A stretch of DNA of 64,000 nt from an uncultured Bacillota bacterium (GTDB taxonomy: Bacteria; Bacillota; DTU025; MWDF01): contig CAWGMK010000006.1 of the NCBI GenBank assembly GCA_963823655.1, positions 1 to 64,000 of the forward strand. Reading direction: 5' to 3'. The notes below the pieces were generated by a model, which saw only the letters and a program-made list of their open reading frames with translations, was not told the origin of the DNA and did no database searches. Positions 32,280 to 43,098 of this stretch are shown here, one piece after another (positions within the stretch are counted from its first letter, which is position 1; the number at the start of each line of letters is the position of its first letter). Both the position numbers and the translations under genes were made by a program.

Positions 32280-33760
32280 TTACGCTTTTGTCACTTCAGC
32301 CCAGAACATGACCTTGCCATCGAGATTCCTGGCACCGAAGCTTCTGCCGTGCATAGTCTGTATCGCCTTAACTATGGATAGCCCCAGGCCATATCGGCCA
32401 TTCTCCCGGCTTCTTGCTTTGTCCGCCCTGTAGAAGCTGTCCCAAATGTAGGGAAGGCTGTCCGCGGGAATCGGATTGCCGTCATTAGTAATGCTTAGTA
32501 TCCAGGAAGATGAATCCGACGAGCTTTCTACCGAAACTTTGATGCGGCCCTCCGGTTCGAGGTGCTCCACGGCGTTGTTGATGAAATTGATAAGGACCTG
32601 CTCCACGCGGCGTTCGTCCGCGTAGGCGAGTGCCCCTTCCTGAAGCTCGAAATCCACCGATTCGAGCATCTCCGGATCCAGGCACCTGCTGGTGATCTTC
32701 CTGACCATCTCAGGCAGGTCGAAGCTTGATAGCGACAGCTTGATAGCGCCGCTTTCGTACTGCGACAGCTCCAAAAGGTCGCTGACGAGCCTGTTCATCC
32801 TGTCTGCCTCGTCCATGATGATGTCGCTGTAGTAGTTCCTCTTGCTTTCGTCCGCCGCGATGTTAAGCTTCAGTCCATCTGCATACCCTTGGATGATGGA
32901 TATCGGCGTCCTGAGCTCATGGGAGACGTTGGCTACGAATTCCTTCCGCATCCGGTCCAGCTGGCGCTCATGCTCCAACTCCTTTTCAAGAAGCGCATTT
33001 TTGGACTTCAGGTCGTCAAGAGCAGCACTTAGCCTGTCAGACAGCTCATTGATGCTGATGCCAAGCTGCCCTAGCTCGTCCGCCTGCCGCGTCTCGCACT
33101 TCTTCGAGAAGTCCAGCTCCGCAATATTGCGTGCTATGCCGTTCATCTGTATAAGAGGCTCGGTGAATTTTCTGGAGAAGCCGATGGCCCAGATAACAGC
33201 CACTAGAAGGCCGAGGCCCACGACATAAAGGGTAAAGGTGCTGGCTACTGCGGCCCCTCTTTCTATGGAGCTCAGCATTACCCTCACATCCAGGGTGCTT
33301 CCGTCATCCAGCGCCTTCTCTATGCTCAGGTAGCTAATCTCAAGTTTAGGGTCTTTCTGCAGCTCGAATGTGGAGCCGTCAGGCAGCTTTTCGCTCGATA
33401 GCACCATCAGGGACTTCGTCCTCGCCTGGGGAAGTAGTCTGATGTCGGGGGGCGGTCCGAATGGCTGTCCATAATGCCTATTCTTGTGAAATAGCGCGGC
33501 ATGCCATCTGAGCCGATGATAGATACTGCCAGGTTGTTGCGCCTTTCGATCTGCTCAAGCTCGCTTGAGAGACCAGAATAATCCTCGCTGGTCCTGATTA
33601 CGGCTTCGATGATGGCCGTCTGCTTGCGCAGCATGTTCTTCTCTCTGGAGGTGTAGTAGGTCTCCAGCAGCGTGCTGTTCAGGATAATCAGGGCTGCCCC
33701 GAAGAGCAGCATTATGCCGGCGATGGAAAGCAGCAGCTTCTTTCTTATGCTGGGGCGCAT
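32280..33760 (-). CDS. HAMP-domain sensor histidine kinase (frameshift ~33410)
   Basis: Two TM segments, DELGQLG, VSHELRTPISII, NFINNA, FYRADKAR, GLGLSIV. Confidence 0.93.
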
Positions 33761-34434
33761 CAGGATTCCACCTCCAGCTTGTAGCCGAACCCTCGGATCG
33801 TCTTGATCATCCTGCCTCCGTCGTCTCCAAGCTTAAGCCTGAGCCTTGCCATGTGGGTGTCTACTGTCCTCTCGTCGCCGTAATATGTATAGCCCCACAC
33901 GCTGGTCAGAAGCTGCCTTCTGCTGAAAACCTGCCCCAGATTGGAGGCGAGCATCATCAGCGTTTCGAATTCCTTGGGGGCGAGCTCCAGCTTCCTGCCT
34001 GCGTAGTGGACATCGTGGGTGGCGGCGTCGATTTCCAGAAGCCCCACTTTCACCTGTCCGGCCTTCACGGGCTGTGACCTTCTGAGAAGTGCGGCGACTC
34101 TTGCAAGAAGCAGCGCGAGGCTGAACGGTTTGGTTATGTAATCGTCCGCGCCTACTTCGAAGCCGTGCAGCTGGTCGAACTCCTCGGTCCTTGCTGTGAG
34201 CATCAGAATGGGCACACTGCTCAACTTCCTTATCTCCCGGCAGACGGTCCAGCCGTCATATTTGGGCATCATTACGTCCAATATCACAAGGGCGATGTCC
34301 GAGTTCTCTTCGAATGCCTCCAAGGCCTCTTTCCCGTCGGCAGCAGACACCGTCTGATAGCCCTGGCTGTTGAGGGCGTCTTCAACAAGCCCTCTTATCC
34401 TGCCCTCGTCATCAGCCACTAGAACCTTGATCAT
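33760..34434 (-). CDS. OmpR/PhoB-family response regulator
   Basis: VLVADDE, ILDVMMP, GADDYITKPF, DERTVDTHMARLRLKL, IRGFGY. Confidence 0.96.
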   Translation of the reverse strand: MIKVLVADDEGRIRGLVEDALNSQGYQTVSAADGKEALEAFEENSDIALVILDVMMPKYDGWTVCREIRKLSSVPILMLTARTEEFDQLHGFEVGADDYITKPFSLALLLARVAALLRRSQPVKAGQVKVGLLEIDAATHDVHYAGRKLELAPKEFETLMMLASNLGQVFSRRQLLTSVWGYTYYGDERTVDTHMARLRLKLGDDGGRMIKTIRGFGYKLEVES

Positions 34435-34602
34435 CTGCTTGCCACCCTTCCTTCGGACATCGCTCGTATCTTCTTCATGCTTAACCCTTCCTGTTATATT
34501 TTACTCCTTTGGACCTTGAACCTTCTTGTGCAGTACTGCTAGGACTTATCGTTAAAGAGGCATCTTATTTCTGGCTTCTGTCATCCTCTATGGTTCAAAT
34601 GA

Positions 34603-34652
34603 TATTACGGCAATGTTACAGCTTTGTGACGAGAAAATGAATTGGGTGTGAA
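34603..34652 (-). promoter_or_regulatory. OmpR/PhoP-type direct-repeat boxes upstream of the two-component operon
   Basis: - strand hexamers TTCACA, TTCATT, GTCACA, GTAACA, GTAATA at exact 11-bp period (+ starts 34647, 34636, 34625, 34614, 34603). Confidence 0.6.
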
Positions 34653-34706
34653 CATGGGCGCTGCGAAGGCGTATATAGGGTGCGCGATAAGCGCAGCACA
34701 AATGAA

Positions 34707-34732
34707 GAGGCCACCTCTTTTGAGATGGCCTC
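34707..34732 (-). terminator. Terminator after cpdB-like gene
   Basis: GAGGCCACCTC-TTTT-GAGATGGCCTC stem. Confidence 0.65.
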
Positions 34733-34758
34733 ATAAGCTCAATTGGGATTCGAATTGC

Positions 34759-36573
34759 CTAGTGGAGGTTGCTCTTGTAAAGAAGCGGCATGTCGGCTGC
34801 CTTGCCCTTTGTCGCCCAATCCGTGGGTATGACCGTCCAGTTGCCGATCGGGGCAGGTTCCAGGACCGCAGTCTGCTTTTCTATCCACTTCATGATGTAG
34901 TACCTGAGGTCCTTGATTGTCGCGGAGGTTACGAACTTCATCGACTGCACGTCGGCTGCGTTCATGCCCGCACCCGTGGTGAGGTGGGCGCCGCCGCCCT
35001 GGGCGCGATAGGAGTTTATGGCCACGGAGTAAGTCTTGTTGAGGTCGAATGCGCCGCCCTTGCTCATCCCAAGTATCGTTACCCTGGAGCCGGCGGGCTT
35101 GCTTACGTCTACGATGTAGTCGATGCCTGCCGCAGAGTCGTAGTTATAGTACCTTGTGGCCTGCTCGGCGAGGCCGTTTGTGAGCTTGAGCGTCCCGTCC
35201 GCGTTCTTCGCGAACTTGATCAGATGGTCGGCATCGGATTTCATCGTGTCGAACCAGCCGGCATATGAGAACTCGATGAAGTCCTTGATCTGCTTGCCGG
35301 TCATGTTCATCGTGTACAGGAAGTTCTCGTATTTGTAGAGGTTGAACATATCCCTTACATACAGCGTCCCGTCGACGGATGTCGGAATCTGAGCGTCCGC
35401 AGAAAGGGGAGCCGCGAAGGAGATCTCAGCTCTGTTGAGCCCGAAGGACTCATCGCTTGTGAGCTCAAGCTGGATGTTGTGTATGAGGTCCACGAAGGCG
35501 CTGTCCTCGAACATGGAATCCCTGGTGCTGATGACACCCTTCATCTTGCCTATCGGCCTTGAGACATATGCCTTGACCGCGTCGAACTGCTTGGAGAAGG
35601 CGGCGATGAAGGCGGGATCCGCCGGCGTGCCGGCTATGTCTTTGATGGCTCCGTCTACCTTGTCTATCTTGTAGAGGCCTGTCGCCTTGTCTAATGTGAG
35701 GTCCACTTTGACCTGGGCAATGCTGCGGCAGGCGTTCTGGGCGCCGTATATGCGCACTGTCCTGCCGTCTGGGCCGGTCACTGACTCATTGTACTTGTTG
35801 TGGTCATGGCCTACGAATATGAAGTCGAAGCCCGGGACCGTGAGGGCTACCAGCTTGGAGGCGTTCTCGCCGTCTGTCGCCTTGCCCGTGCCCATCCCGG
35901 AATGGAACAGGCCTATCACTACGTCCGGCTTCTCCGTCTCGCGCACTATCTTCATCCACTTCTCGGCAGACGCTACCATGCCGTCGAACCTCATGCCGCT
36001 CCAGAACTGGGAGGGCAGCCAGTTGGGTATCCAGGGGGTTACCAGGCCTATGACGGCCACTTTGACCCCGCCCTTGTCGAGTATGGTGTAGGGCTTGAAA
36101 TAGGGCTCGCCGTTGTCGGTGCGCACGGCATTTGCGGCGAGCATCGGCACTGCGAGCTCCTTGGCGAGCTTGTCATAAACCGGATGCCCGGCTTCTATGT
36201 CGTGGTTGCCCATTATTGTCGCATCGGGTTTGAGGTATGAGAAGATCTCTGTCAAAAGGTGCTTGGACGCCATGTCCTCGAAATTGTAGTAATACACAGA
36301 GGGCTGGCCCTGCAGATTGTCGCCGTTATCAAGATAGATTACCTGCTGGCCGGCTTTTGCCCTCTCCTGGGCGAGTATTGTGGAAACCTGCGCCAGCGAG
36401 CCGTCGACGGCCTTGTCCGTTATGAAATCGTATGGGAAGAACGAACCGTGTATGTCTGTCGTCTCAATGATAACAAGGCTTGCTTTGTCGGGTCTGTCGG
36501 CCGCTATTGCCGGCGCCATCACTAGCAGGAGCGCGAGCATTACAGCTGTTATTGCGATAGGCAGTCTTCTCAT
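34759..36573 (-). CDS. Secreted 2',3'-cyclic-nucleotide 2'-phosphodiesterase / 5'(3')-nucleotidase (CpdB-like)
   Basis: ETTDIHG, DNGDNLQG, MGNHD, LFHSG, GHDH, NLYKYENFLY, YNYDSAAG, NSYRAQGGG. Confidence 0.92.
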   Translation of the reverse strand: MRRLPIAITAVMLALLLVMAPAIAADRPDKASLVIIETTDIHGSFFPYDFITDKAVDGSLAQVSTILAQERAKAGQQVIYLDNGDNLQGQPSVYYYNFEDMASKHLLTEIFSYLKPDATIMGNHDIEAGHPVYDKLAKELAVPMLAANAVRTDNGEPYFKPYTILDKGGVKVAVIGLVTPWIPNWLPSQFWSGMRFDGMVASAEKWMKIVRETEKPDVVIGLFHSGMGTGKATDGENASKLVALTVPGFDFIFVGHDHNKYNESVTGPDGRTVRIYGAQNACRSIAQVKVDLTLDKATGLYKIDKVDGAIKDIAGTPADPAFIAAFSKQFDAVKAYVSRPIGKMKGVISTRDSMFEDSAFVDLIHNIQLELTSDESFGLNRAEISFAAPLSADAQIPTSVDGTLYVRDMFNLYKYENFLYTMNMTGKQIKDFIEFSYAGWFDTMKSDADHLIKFAKNADGTLKLTNGLAEQATRYYNYDSAAGIDYIVDVSKPAGSRVTILGMSKGGAFDLNKTYSVAINSYRAQGGGAHLTTGAGMNAADVQSMKFVTSATIKDLRYYIMKWIEKQTAVLEPAPIGNWTVIPTDWATKGKAADMPLLYKSNLH

Positions 36574-36820
36574 GGCATAACCTCCCCAAGAAACTTAGTC
36601 CACAAGGATATTCTACACAAGGGCAGGGCAGGCGGGCCTAAAATTTATGGATAAAAGCGCAAGAATAATAATGCGGGGAAGGAGAATGATATGCATATGG
36701 AGTAAAATATATATGTGCTGCTCGGTTGGCAGATTAAGCCAATCTGACCACCATATGCGTAGTTAGACCGGGCAGGCGAGGCATTATTATGTGTCCGGAT
36801 GGATAGAGAATCCGGTAAAG

Positions 36821-37471
36821 ATGGAGGTAGCGAAGATGATGGAGATGCCGTCGAGCTTCTACCGCTGGGCCTATGGTAAGAGGGCCGATATGGTAAGAAG
36901 GCTGGCCTCAGGCGAGAAAGTGGATCCTACGAGGATGTTCCTAAGCTTCACGACGCACTGCCCGACCTTCATTTCTAATGGCCCTGCCGGCCTTAACGCT
37001 TCCGTAAAGGGAATAGGCTGGCTGCCCAAGAAGGAATATATGCAGGAGACGCTCGACGCGTACCTGAAGCATATCGCCACAGGCTGGCGCGAAGGCTACA
37101 GCGACGACGGGCTGAAGCTGCTGGTAGAGCTTCTTTACGGCGAAGGCTGCGAGAAGAGGGTGGACTTCACGGTTATGAGCTCGATGGAGCTTGCCAAGAA
37201 GCACAGCTGGGAGAACTTCAACGACAACAAGAACATTACGCTCAGCTTCTTCGAGCCGCCCGTAATCCATTACGAGCTCAGAGGCAAAATTGAGATCGTA
37301 AACGACGGCATCTTGCATAAACTTGTAAACGCACAGCATGACGTGTATCATCAACCTAATCCCGACCGCTGGCCCAACAGGCCGGTCTACATAGTCCACA
37401 TAGAGGAGATCTTCGACAATTCGGCCACCAAGGCCGGCTTCGGTACGAAGATGGATGTAATCAAAGAATAG
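36821..37471 (+). CDS. Pyridoxamine 5'-phosphate oxidase-like (FMN-binding split barrel) hypothetical protein
   Basis: PTFISNGPAGLNASVKG, ELAKKHSWENF..NITLSFFEPPVIHYELRG, VYIVHIEEIFDNS; start uncertain (36791-36838). Confidence 0.55.
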   Translation: MEVAKMMEMPSSFYRWAYGKRADMVRRLASGEKVDPTRMFLSFTTHCPTFISNGPAGLNASVKGIGWLPKKEYMQETLDAYLKHIATGWREGYSDDGLKLLVELLYGEGCEKRVDFTVMSSMELAKKHSWENFNDNKNITLSFFEPPVIHYELRGKIEIVNDGILHKLVNAQHDVYHQPNPDRWPNRPVYIVHIEEIFDNSATKAGFGTKMDVIKE

Positions 37472-37482
37472 TATTCCCGGAG

Positions 37483-39096
37483 GTGAGAAATATGAAGCGT
37501 TTGGTCGCGGCGGCCTTCGTCGTCGCCCTGCTTCTTTCAATGGGGGCAAACGCCGCCAAGGACGACTCGGGAGTGTTCCGCATCGGAGTGCTCGAGGACG
37601 CCAAGAACCTGAACCCGTATTTCGGCTTTCTGAGCACTGAAAGCACGGTTACAGGCGAGGTATACGACACACTTTTCAACTACGATGAGGTGAGCAAGAA
37701 GCTCAACGGAAACATCGTCTCCAAATGGGAGACGAAGGATAATTTCGCCTGGAAGATGACCATCAATCCGAACTTCAAGTGGTCGGACGGCAAGCCTTTG
37801 ACCGTGGACGATGTAGTCTTCACCTACGAGATGATAATAAAGAGCAAGTTCCCCGGCCAGATGGCCATACTTGCCACATTCAAAAGCATCAAGAAGATAG
37901 ACGACAAGTGCTTCGAGATGGAGTTCACGACGCCCGCTTTGAGCAACCTGAGGTTCGCAGGCACTGCCATATTGATCGTGCCCAAGCACATCTGGTCGAC
38001 GATAAAACAGCCCAGGGCGTTCGCCAACCTCAACCCGATAGGCTCGGGCCCCATGATACTCAAGCAGAAGGTGGACGGCCAGTACATAGTGCTTGAGGTC
38101 AGGAAGGACCATCCCGTCAGGAAATACAATTTCGACACCATGGAGCTCATTATTATCAGGGACCAGACCATGGGGATAATGTCCTTGAGAGACGGCGCCT
38201 TCGACTATTTCGACAGCAGGGTGCCCCCCCAGATAGCGGAGGACATTAAGGCCAATCCTGGTCAGTACAAGGACGTCAAAGTGGACGTCAACAGCACGAC
38301 TTCGATCACCACGCTGATGTTCAACCTGAGGAAGGCCCCGTACAACAACATCAAGTTCAGGCAGGCGGTGGCGCTGACCATAGACCAGGAGAAGCTCATA
38401 AAGACGGTGCTGATGGGATATGGCGCTGTAGCCAGCCCTTCCATGGTCATGCCGTTCGTAGAATGGGCGAACAGCAGCATAAAGCCCATCAAAGCGGATG
38501 TCGCAGCAGCCAAGAAGCTGCTGGCCGACGCCGGCTTCAAGGATGTGGACAACGACAAGTACGTGGAGATGCCCGACGGCAAGAAGCTCAGGATGGAAAT
38601 CCTGTGCCCGAACGCCGGCACCGCCATGATAATCGCCGAATATGTGGCATTCGGCCTGAAGTCGGTTGGCATCAACGCTACCCATTCGCCCATGTCGGCG
38701 GATGCGCTGCTGAATGAATTCAAAGGCGGCGAGTTCGACGCAGGCATTTCATCGCTCGGCTTCTCTGAGCCCAGGGATATGTACTTCTATCATTTCCACA
38801 GCTCAAGGGGCGTCCTTGCTGAGGGCAGGGTCGCAGGGTTCAATTACGGGGGCTTCAACAACGCCGAGTTCGACGAGCTGTCCACCGCGATGCGCTCGGA
38901 AAACGACGAGGACAAGCAATTCGCCCAGCTGAGAAGGCTGCAGGAGATCGTGGCGGCGGCGTACTACCAGGTGCCGATCTATTCGGCATCGAACATATCT
39001 CTATACCGCGACGACAGGTTCAAGGGCTGGAGCAGCGTAGAAGGGCTATCGATACTCAACTCGCATACCATGAGGAACCTTACGCCGGTTAAATAG
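37483..39096 (+). CDS. Oligopeptide/dipeptide-family ABC transporter substrate-binding protein
   Basis: NLNP, KWSDGKPLTVDDVVFT, PIGSGP, FRQAVALTID; signal peptide. Confidence 0.92.
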   Translation: MRNMKRLVAAAFVVALLLSMGANAAKDDSGVFRIGVLEDAKNLNPYFGFLSTESTVTGEVYDTLFNYDEVSKKLNGNIVSKWETKDNFAWKMTINPNFKWSDGKPLTVDDVVFTYEMIIKSKFPGQMAILATFKSIKKIDDKCFEMEFTTPALSNLRFAGTAILIVPKHIWSTIKQPRAFANLNPIGSGPMILKQKVDGQYIVLEVRKDHPVRKYNFDTMELIIIRDQTMGIMSLRDGAFDYFDSRVPPQIAEDIKANPGQYKDVKVDVNSTTSITTLMFNLRKAPYNNIKFRQAVALTIDQEKLIKTVLMGYGAVASPSMVMPFVEWANSSIKPIKADVAAAKKLLADAGFKDVDNDKYVEMPDGKKLRMEILCPNAGTAMIIAEYVAFGLKSVGINATHSPMSADALLNEFKGGEFDAGISSLGFSEPRDMYFYHFHSSRGVLAEGRVAGFNYGGFNNAEFDELSTAMRSENDEDKQFAQLRRLQEIVAAAYYQVPIYSASNISLYRDDRFKGWSSVEGLSILNSHTMRNLTPVK

Positions 39097-39123
39097 CCGC
39101 CATAAGGGGAAAGAGACCGCTAA

Positions 39124-40091
39124 ATGAGCTTCGCCTATTTCATAAAGAGGCTGGCGCAGATAGCCCTGATAATGGCTATCGTAATAACGCTGAACTTCTT
39201 CCTGCCGCGTGTCATCTCCGGGGATCCGGCAAAGTTTCTTGTAGAGGACCCCAGGCTTACCCCGGAGATGAAGCAGGAGATAAGGGCGCAGTACGGCCTG
39301 GACAAGTCGCTCTTCGAGCAGTTCATCGTCTATTTGCAGGAGCTGTCGAAGGGAAATCTGGGCACGTCTTTCGCATATAGGCGGCCCGTAATCGACATCA
39401 TCGCAAGCAAGATACCGTGGACGCTTGCGCTTACGGTAACGGCCAAGCTCATCTCCGTGATCGGCGGCATAATTTACGGCTGCTTCGCCGCCTGGCGCAG
39501 GGGCAGGTTCGCCGATTCCGCGCTTCTGTCCGGGGCGATAATAATGACCGCGGTCCCCAGCTTCTGGTTCGCCATGATTCTCATACTCATCTTCGGCTTC
39601 ACATTGAAGTGGCTGCCGCCATTCGGCATGATGGACAGAGGGCTTACGATGATGTCCCCCGAGATGATAGCAAGCGTCGCCAAGCATGCCATACTGCCGG
39701 TGGTGACGATGTCGGTGCCGGGGATAATCGGCTATGCGGTACTGGTAAGAAACAGCATGGTCAGGATCATCGGCCAGGACTTCATAAGGACGGCGAGGGC
39801 GAAGGGCGCATCGCCCGCCTCGGTGCTCTACAGGCACGCGTTCAGGAATGCAACTCTGCCTCTGGTAACCAGCGTGGGCATGAACCTGGCGGGGTAATCG
39901 GCGGCGCAGTGGTGATCGAGACCATATTCTCCTGGGATGGCATGGGCCTGCTTATGATTGAGGCGTCCAGGAGCTTCGACTATCCATTAATGCAGGGCGT
40001 AATGCTCGTCCTGTCCAGTGTGACCGTGACGGCCAACTTCCTCACCGACCTGGTGTACGCGAAGCTTGACCCTCGCGTGAAGCTGGAATAG
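39124..40091 (+). CDS. ABC transporter permease OppB/DppB-like (frameshift in G-run ~39893)
   Basis: FFLPRVISGDP, YGLDKS, GNLGTS, DFIRTARAKG, HAFRNA, ETIFSWDGMG, LDPRV. Confidence 0.92.
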
Positions 40092-40101
40092 GGGGGCCGG
40101 G

Positions 40102-41034
40102 ATGATAAAACTTCTTAAAGGCATACTGAAACATCAGACGGGAAGAGTTGGCCTCATAATGGTGGCCTTTGTAATAGTTGTCGCCATATTCGCCCACTTC
40201 ATAGCGCCATTTGATCCATACGACCTTTTCTCGAGGGACCTGCCGCGACTTGCCCCCTCAGCTGCGCATTGGCTGGGCACGGACCACATAGGAAACGACA
40301 TCCTCTCGAAGCTCATCTACGGGGCCAGGGTGTCGCTTATAGTCGGCATCATCACTGGCATAAGCTCGACGCTGCTGGGCGCGGTGCTTGGCATGATGGC
40401 GGGCTACCTGGGAGGCTGGTTCGACACTTTGATCATGAGGGCTGTTGACGTGCTGATGACGATACCGTCGCTTCCTCTCATGATACTGATAGCGACATAC
40501 GTCGGGACCCAGTTCTACATGATAATAATCATCTTCACCCTTCTGGGCTGGACCGGCATGGCGAGGACCATCCGCGCCCAGGTCCTCAGCCTGAAGAGCC
40601 AGAAGTACATAACGGCGGCGGAGCTTGCGGGCGCAAGCAGGCCGTATGTCATGTTCAGGCACATACTCCCCGAAGTCTCCCCGCTCTTGATCGTTTCGGG
40701 CGTGCTATCCGCAGCCGGCGTCATGGTGGCGGAGGCGGGCTTGAGCTTCCTCGGCTTCGGGGACCCGAAGGCGATAAGCTGGGGCAAGATGCTTTTCGAG
40801 GCACAGGCGAACCACGGCCTGCTGCTGAAGGCATGGTGGTGGGTGCTCTCTCCGGGAGTTGCGATATTCATTACCGTCATAGGCTTCATGCTCGTCGGCT
40901 ACGCCCTTGAGGAGATAGTAAACCCCAGGGTAAGGCAGATGAGGGTCATGCAGCGCCTGTACTCGAAGCTTGTCGGCAACAAGGACTTCTGCCCTGTTCC
41001 CGTCAAGGCGAAGGGGGGCGAGGCGGATGCCTGA
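40102..41034 (+). CDS. ABC transporter permease OppC/DppC-like
   Basis: HWLGTDHIGNDI, GARVSL, YITAAELAGAS, EAGLSFLGFG, SWG. Confidence 0.94.
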   Translation: MIKLLKGILKHQTGRVGLIMVAFVIVVAIFAHFIAPFDPYDLFSRDLPRLAPSAAHWLGTDHIGNDILSKLIYGARVSLIVGIITGISSTLLGAVLGMMAGYLGGWFDTLIMRAVDVLMTIPSLPLMILIATYVGTQFYMIIIIFTLLGWTGMARTIRAQVLSLKSQKYITAAELAGASRPYVMFRHILPEVSPLLIVSGVLSAAGVMVAEAGLSFLGFGDPKAISWGKMLFEAQANHGLLLKAWWWVLSPGVAIFITVIGFMLVGYALEEIVNPRVRQMRVMQRLYSKLVGNKDFCPVPVKAKGGEADA

Positions 41035-42031
41035 GATGGTAGTTGATGTAAAGGCGCCGACCTTGCTCGATGTAAAGAACCTCCATGTCGGCTTCGCCAC
41101 CGAGGGCGGCTACATGCCGGTCGTCACGGGGATCGATTTGAACATACAAAAGGGCGAATTTGTGGCGCTGGTGGGCGAGAGCGGCTGCGGCAAGAGCATT
41201 ACTGCGCTTTCCATCATGCGCCTTCTAGACCTGCCGGGCTGCAGCGGGGCGGAGAGGATATCCTTCGAGGGCAAGGAGCTGCAGCTTATAACGGACTCGC
41301 AGATGCAGGCCCTAAGAGGGGACCGCATAAGCATGATCTTCCAGGACCCCATGACTGCGCTGAACCCGGTTTTCTCAATCGGGGACCAGATAGCCGAGGT
41401 CTTCAGGATACACAGGAAGATGAAGGATGATGAGGCTTCAAAGGCGGCCTGCGAGATGCTCCATAAGGTGGGGATACCGGAGCCGGACAGGCGTTGTAAG
41501 GAGTTTCCGCATCAGCTTTCCGGGGGCATGAGGCAGAGGATACTTATAGCGATGGCGGTGGCGCTGAAGCCGTCTCTTCTAATTGCGGACGAGCCCACGA
41601 CGGCGCTCGATGTGACGATACAGGCGCAGGTGCTCGACTTGATGGACCGCATCCAGAAAGAGATGGGTATGGCCCTTCTCATAGTCACCCACGACCTTGC
41701 CGTTGTGGCGGAGGTCGCAAAGAAAGTAATGGTAATGTACTGCGGGGAGATTGTGGAGGAGGCGCCGGTAGAGGCGCTCTACGATGAACCCCTGCACCCA
41801 TATACATCAGGCCTTATGAGGGCGATGCCCGTTATGAAGGGCGGAAAACGGGACAGGCTTTACCAGATACCGGGCACGGTGCCGCATCCCAGCCAAAGGG
41901 CAGAAGGGTGCCGCTTCGCCCCCAGGTGCGACAGGGTTTTCGAAGCGTGCTTGAAGACGCATCCTGAAATTGTCGAGAAGGACGGGCGCAAGGTGCGCTG
42001 CCTCCTGTACTCGGGGAAGGGGGGCGACTGA
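41027..42031 (+). CDS. ABC transporter ATP-binding protein OppD/DppD-like
   Basis: GESGCGKS, FQDPMTALNP, LSGGMRQR, ADEPTTALD, HPYT, GCRFAPRC. Confidence 0.95.
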   Translation: MPEMVVDVKAPTLLDVKNLHVGFATEGGYMPVVTGIDLNIQKGEFVALVGESGCGKSITALSIMRLLDLPGCSGAERISFEGKELQLITDSQMQALRGDRISMIFQDPMTALNPVFSIGDQIAEVFRIHRKMKDDEASKAACEMLHKVGIPEPDRRCKEFPHQLSGGMRQRILIAMAVALKPSLLIADEPTTALDVTIQAQVLDLMDRIQKEMGMALLIVTHDLAVVAEVAKKVMVMYCGEIVEEAPVEALYDEPLHPYTSGLMRAMPVMKGGKRDRLYQIPGTVPHPSQRAEGCRFAPRCDRVFEACLKTHPEIVEKDGRKVRCLLYSGKGGD

Positions 42032-42032
42032 T

Positions 42033-43019
42033 ATGGCCGATGGCAAGAATGGGACTGACCTCTTCGTAATAAAGGGCCTTACAAAGAGCTTCCCTGTGTG
42101 GACAGGTGCGCTTTTCAAGCCGTCCGGCTACATCAGCGCGGTCTCGGACGTCTCCTTCTGCATTAAAAGGGGAGAGACGCTGGGGCTGGTTGGCGAAAGC
42201 GGCTGCGGCAAGACCACGCTCGCCAGCATGCTGCTAAGGTTAGTCGAACCGACATCAGGAAGCATCGTCCTGGATGGTACGGAAGTTACGGGAATGAAAC
42301 CTGCCGAGCTCAGGAAGGCGAGGCTTGCCGCCCAGATGATATTCCAGGATCCTTATTCTTCGCTGTCACCAAGGCTGACGGCTGCCGAGATCGTCGAAGA
42401 GCCCCTCCTGGTCAACAAGCGCGGTACGAGGGCCGAGATGAGGGCTAGGGCGATGCAGCTGCTGGATATGGTAGGACTTACGGAAAGGGACGCCGCAAGC
42501 CTTGCAGGGCAGTTTTCGGGCGGTCAGAGGCAAAGGATAGGCATAGCGAGGGCGCTGGCCCTTGAACCTAAGTTCATCGTCTGCGACGAGCCCGTCTCAT
42601 CGCTTGACGTTTCTGTGCATGCGCACATAATCAACCTGCTGGTGGACCTTCAGGAGAGGCTTGGCCTTACTTATCTGTTCGTGGCCCACAACCTCGCCCT
42701 TGTCAGGCATGTCAGCGACAGGGTGGCCGTGATGTACCTGGGGAAGCTGGTCGAAATCGGGCCGTCCGAGTCGATATTCGAAAACCCCAGGCACCCGTAC
42801 ACCAAGGCGCTGATGGCGGCGGTCCCCGGTTTCGATCCGAGGAACAAAAGCGCAAAAGCCGTGCTTAAGGGCGAGGTGCCGAGCCCGTTGAACCCGCCCA
42901 AGGGGTGCAGGTTCCATCCGAGGTGCAGCTTCGCGATGCCCATATGCTCGGAGGTGGAGCCGGCGTCGGTGGATGACGGGGCCGGGCATATCGCCTGGTG
43001 CCATCTTGAGAGCAAATAG
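42033..43019 (+). CDS. ABC transporter ATP-binding protein OppF/DppF-like
   Basis: [41 protein letters not shown]. Confidence 0.95.
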   Translation: MADGKNGTDLFVIKGLTKSFPVWTGALFKPSGYISAVSDVSFCIKRGETLGLVGESGCGKTTLASMLLRLVEPTSGSIVLDGTEVTGMKPAELRKARLAAQMIFQDPYSSLSPRLTAAEIVEEPLLVNKRGTRAEMRARAMQLLDMVGLTERDAASLAGQFSGGQRQRIGIARALALEPKFIVCDEPVSSLDVSVHAHIINLLVDLQERLGLTYLFVAHNLALVRHVSDRVAVMYLGKLVEIGPSESIFENPRHPYTKALMAAVPGFDPRNKSAKAVLKGEVPSPLNPPKGCRFHPRCSFAMPICSEVEPASVDDGAGHIAWCHLESK

Positions 43020-43039
43020 GAGCGCATGAGATAAAGTAA

Positions 43040-43075
43040 AAAGGCCTGCTGCGATTATCATTGCGGCAGGCCTTT
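43040..43075. terminator. Bidirectional terminator
   Basis: AAAGGCCTGCTGCGA...TTGCGGCAGGCCTTT. Confidence 0.8.
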
Positions 43076-43098
43076 CAGATTGCAGAGGCAAATCTTAG

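Noticed and set aside
36620-36810. FMN riboswitch (AGGGCAGGG ... GTCCGGATGG resemblance)
   Set aside because: Conserved internal elements (GAAATTCCC, ACCGG.GGT, CCGACAGT) are missing and the spacing is wrong.
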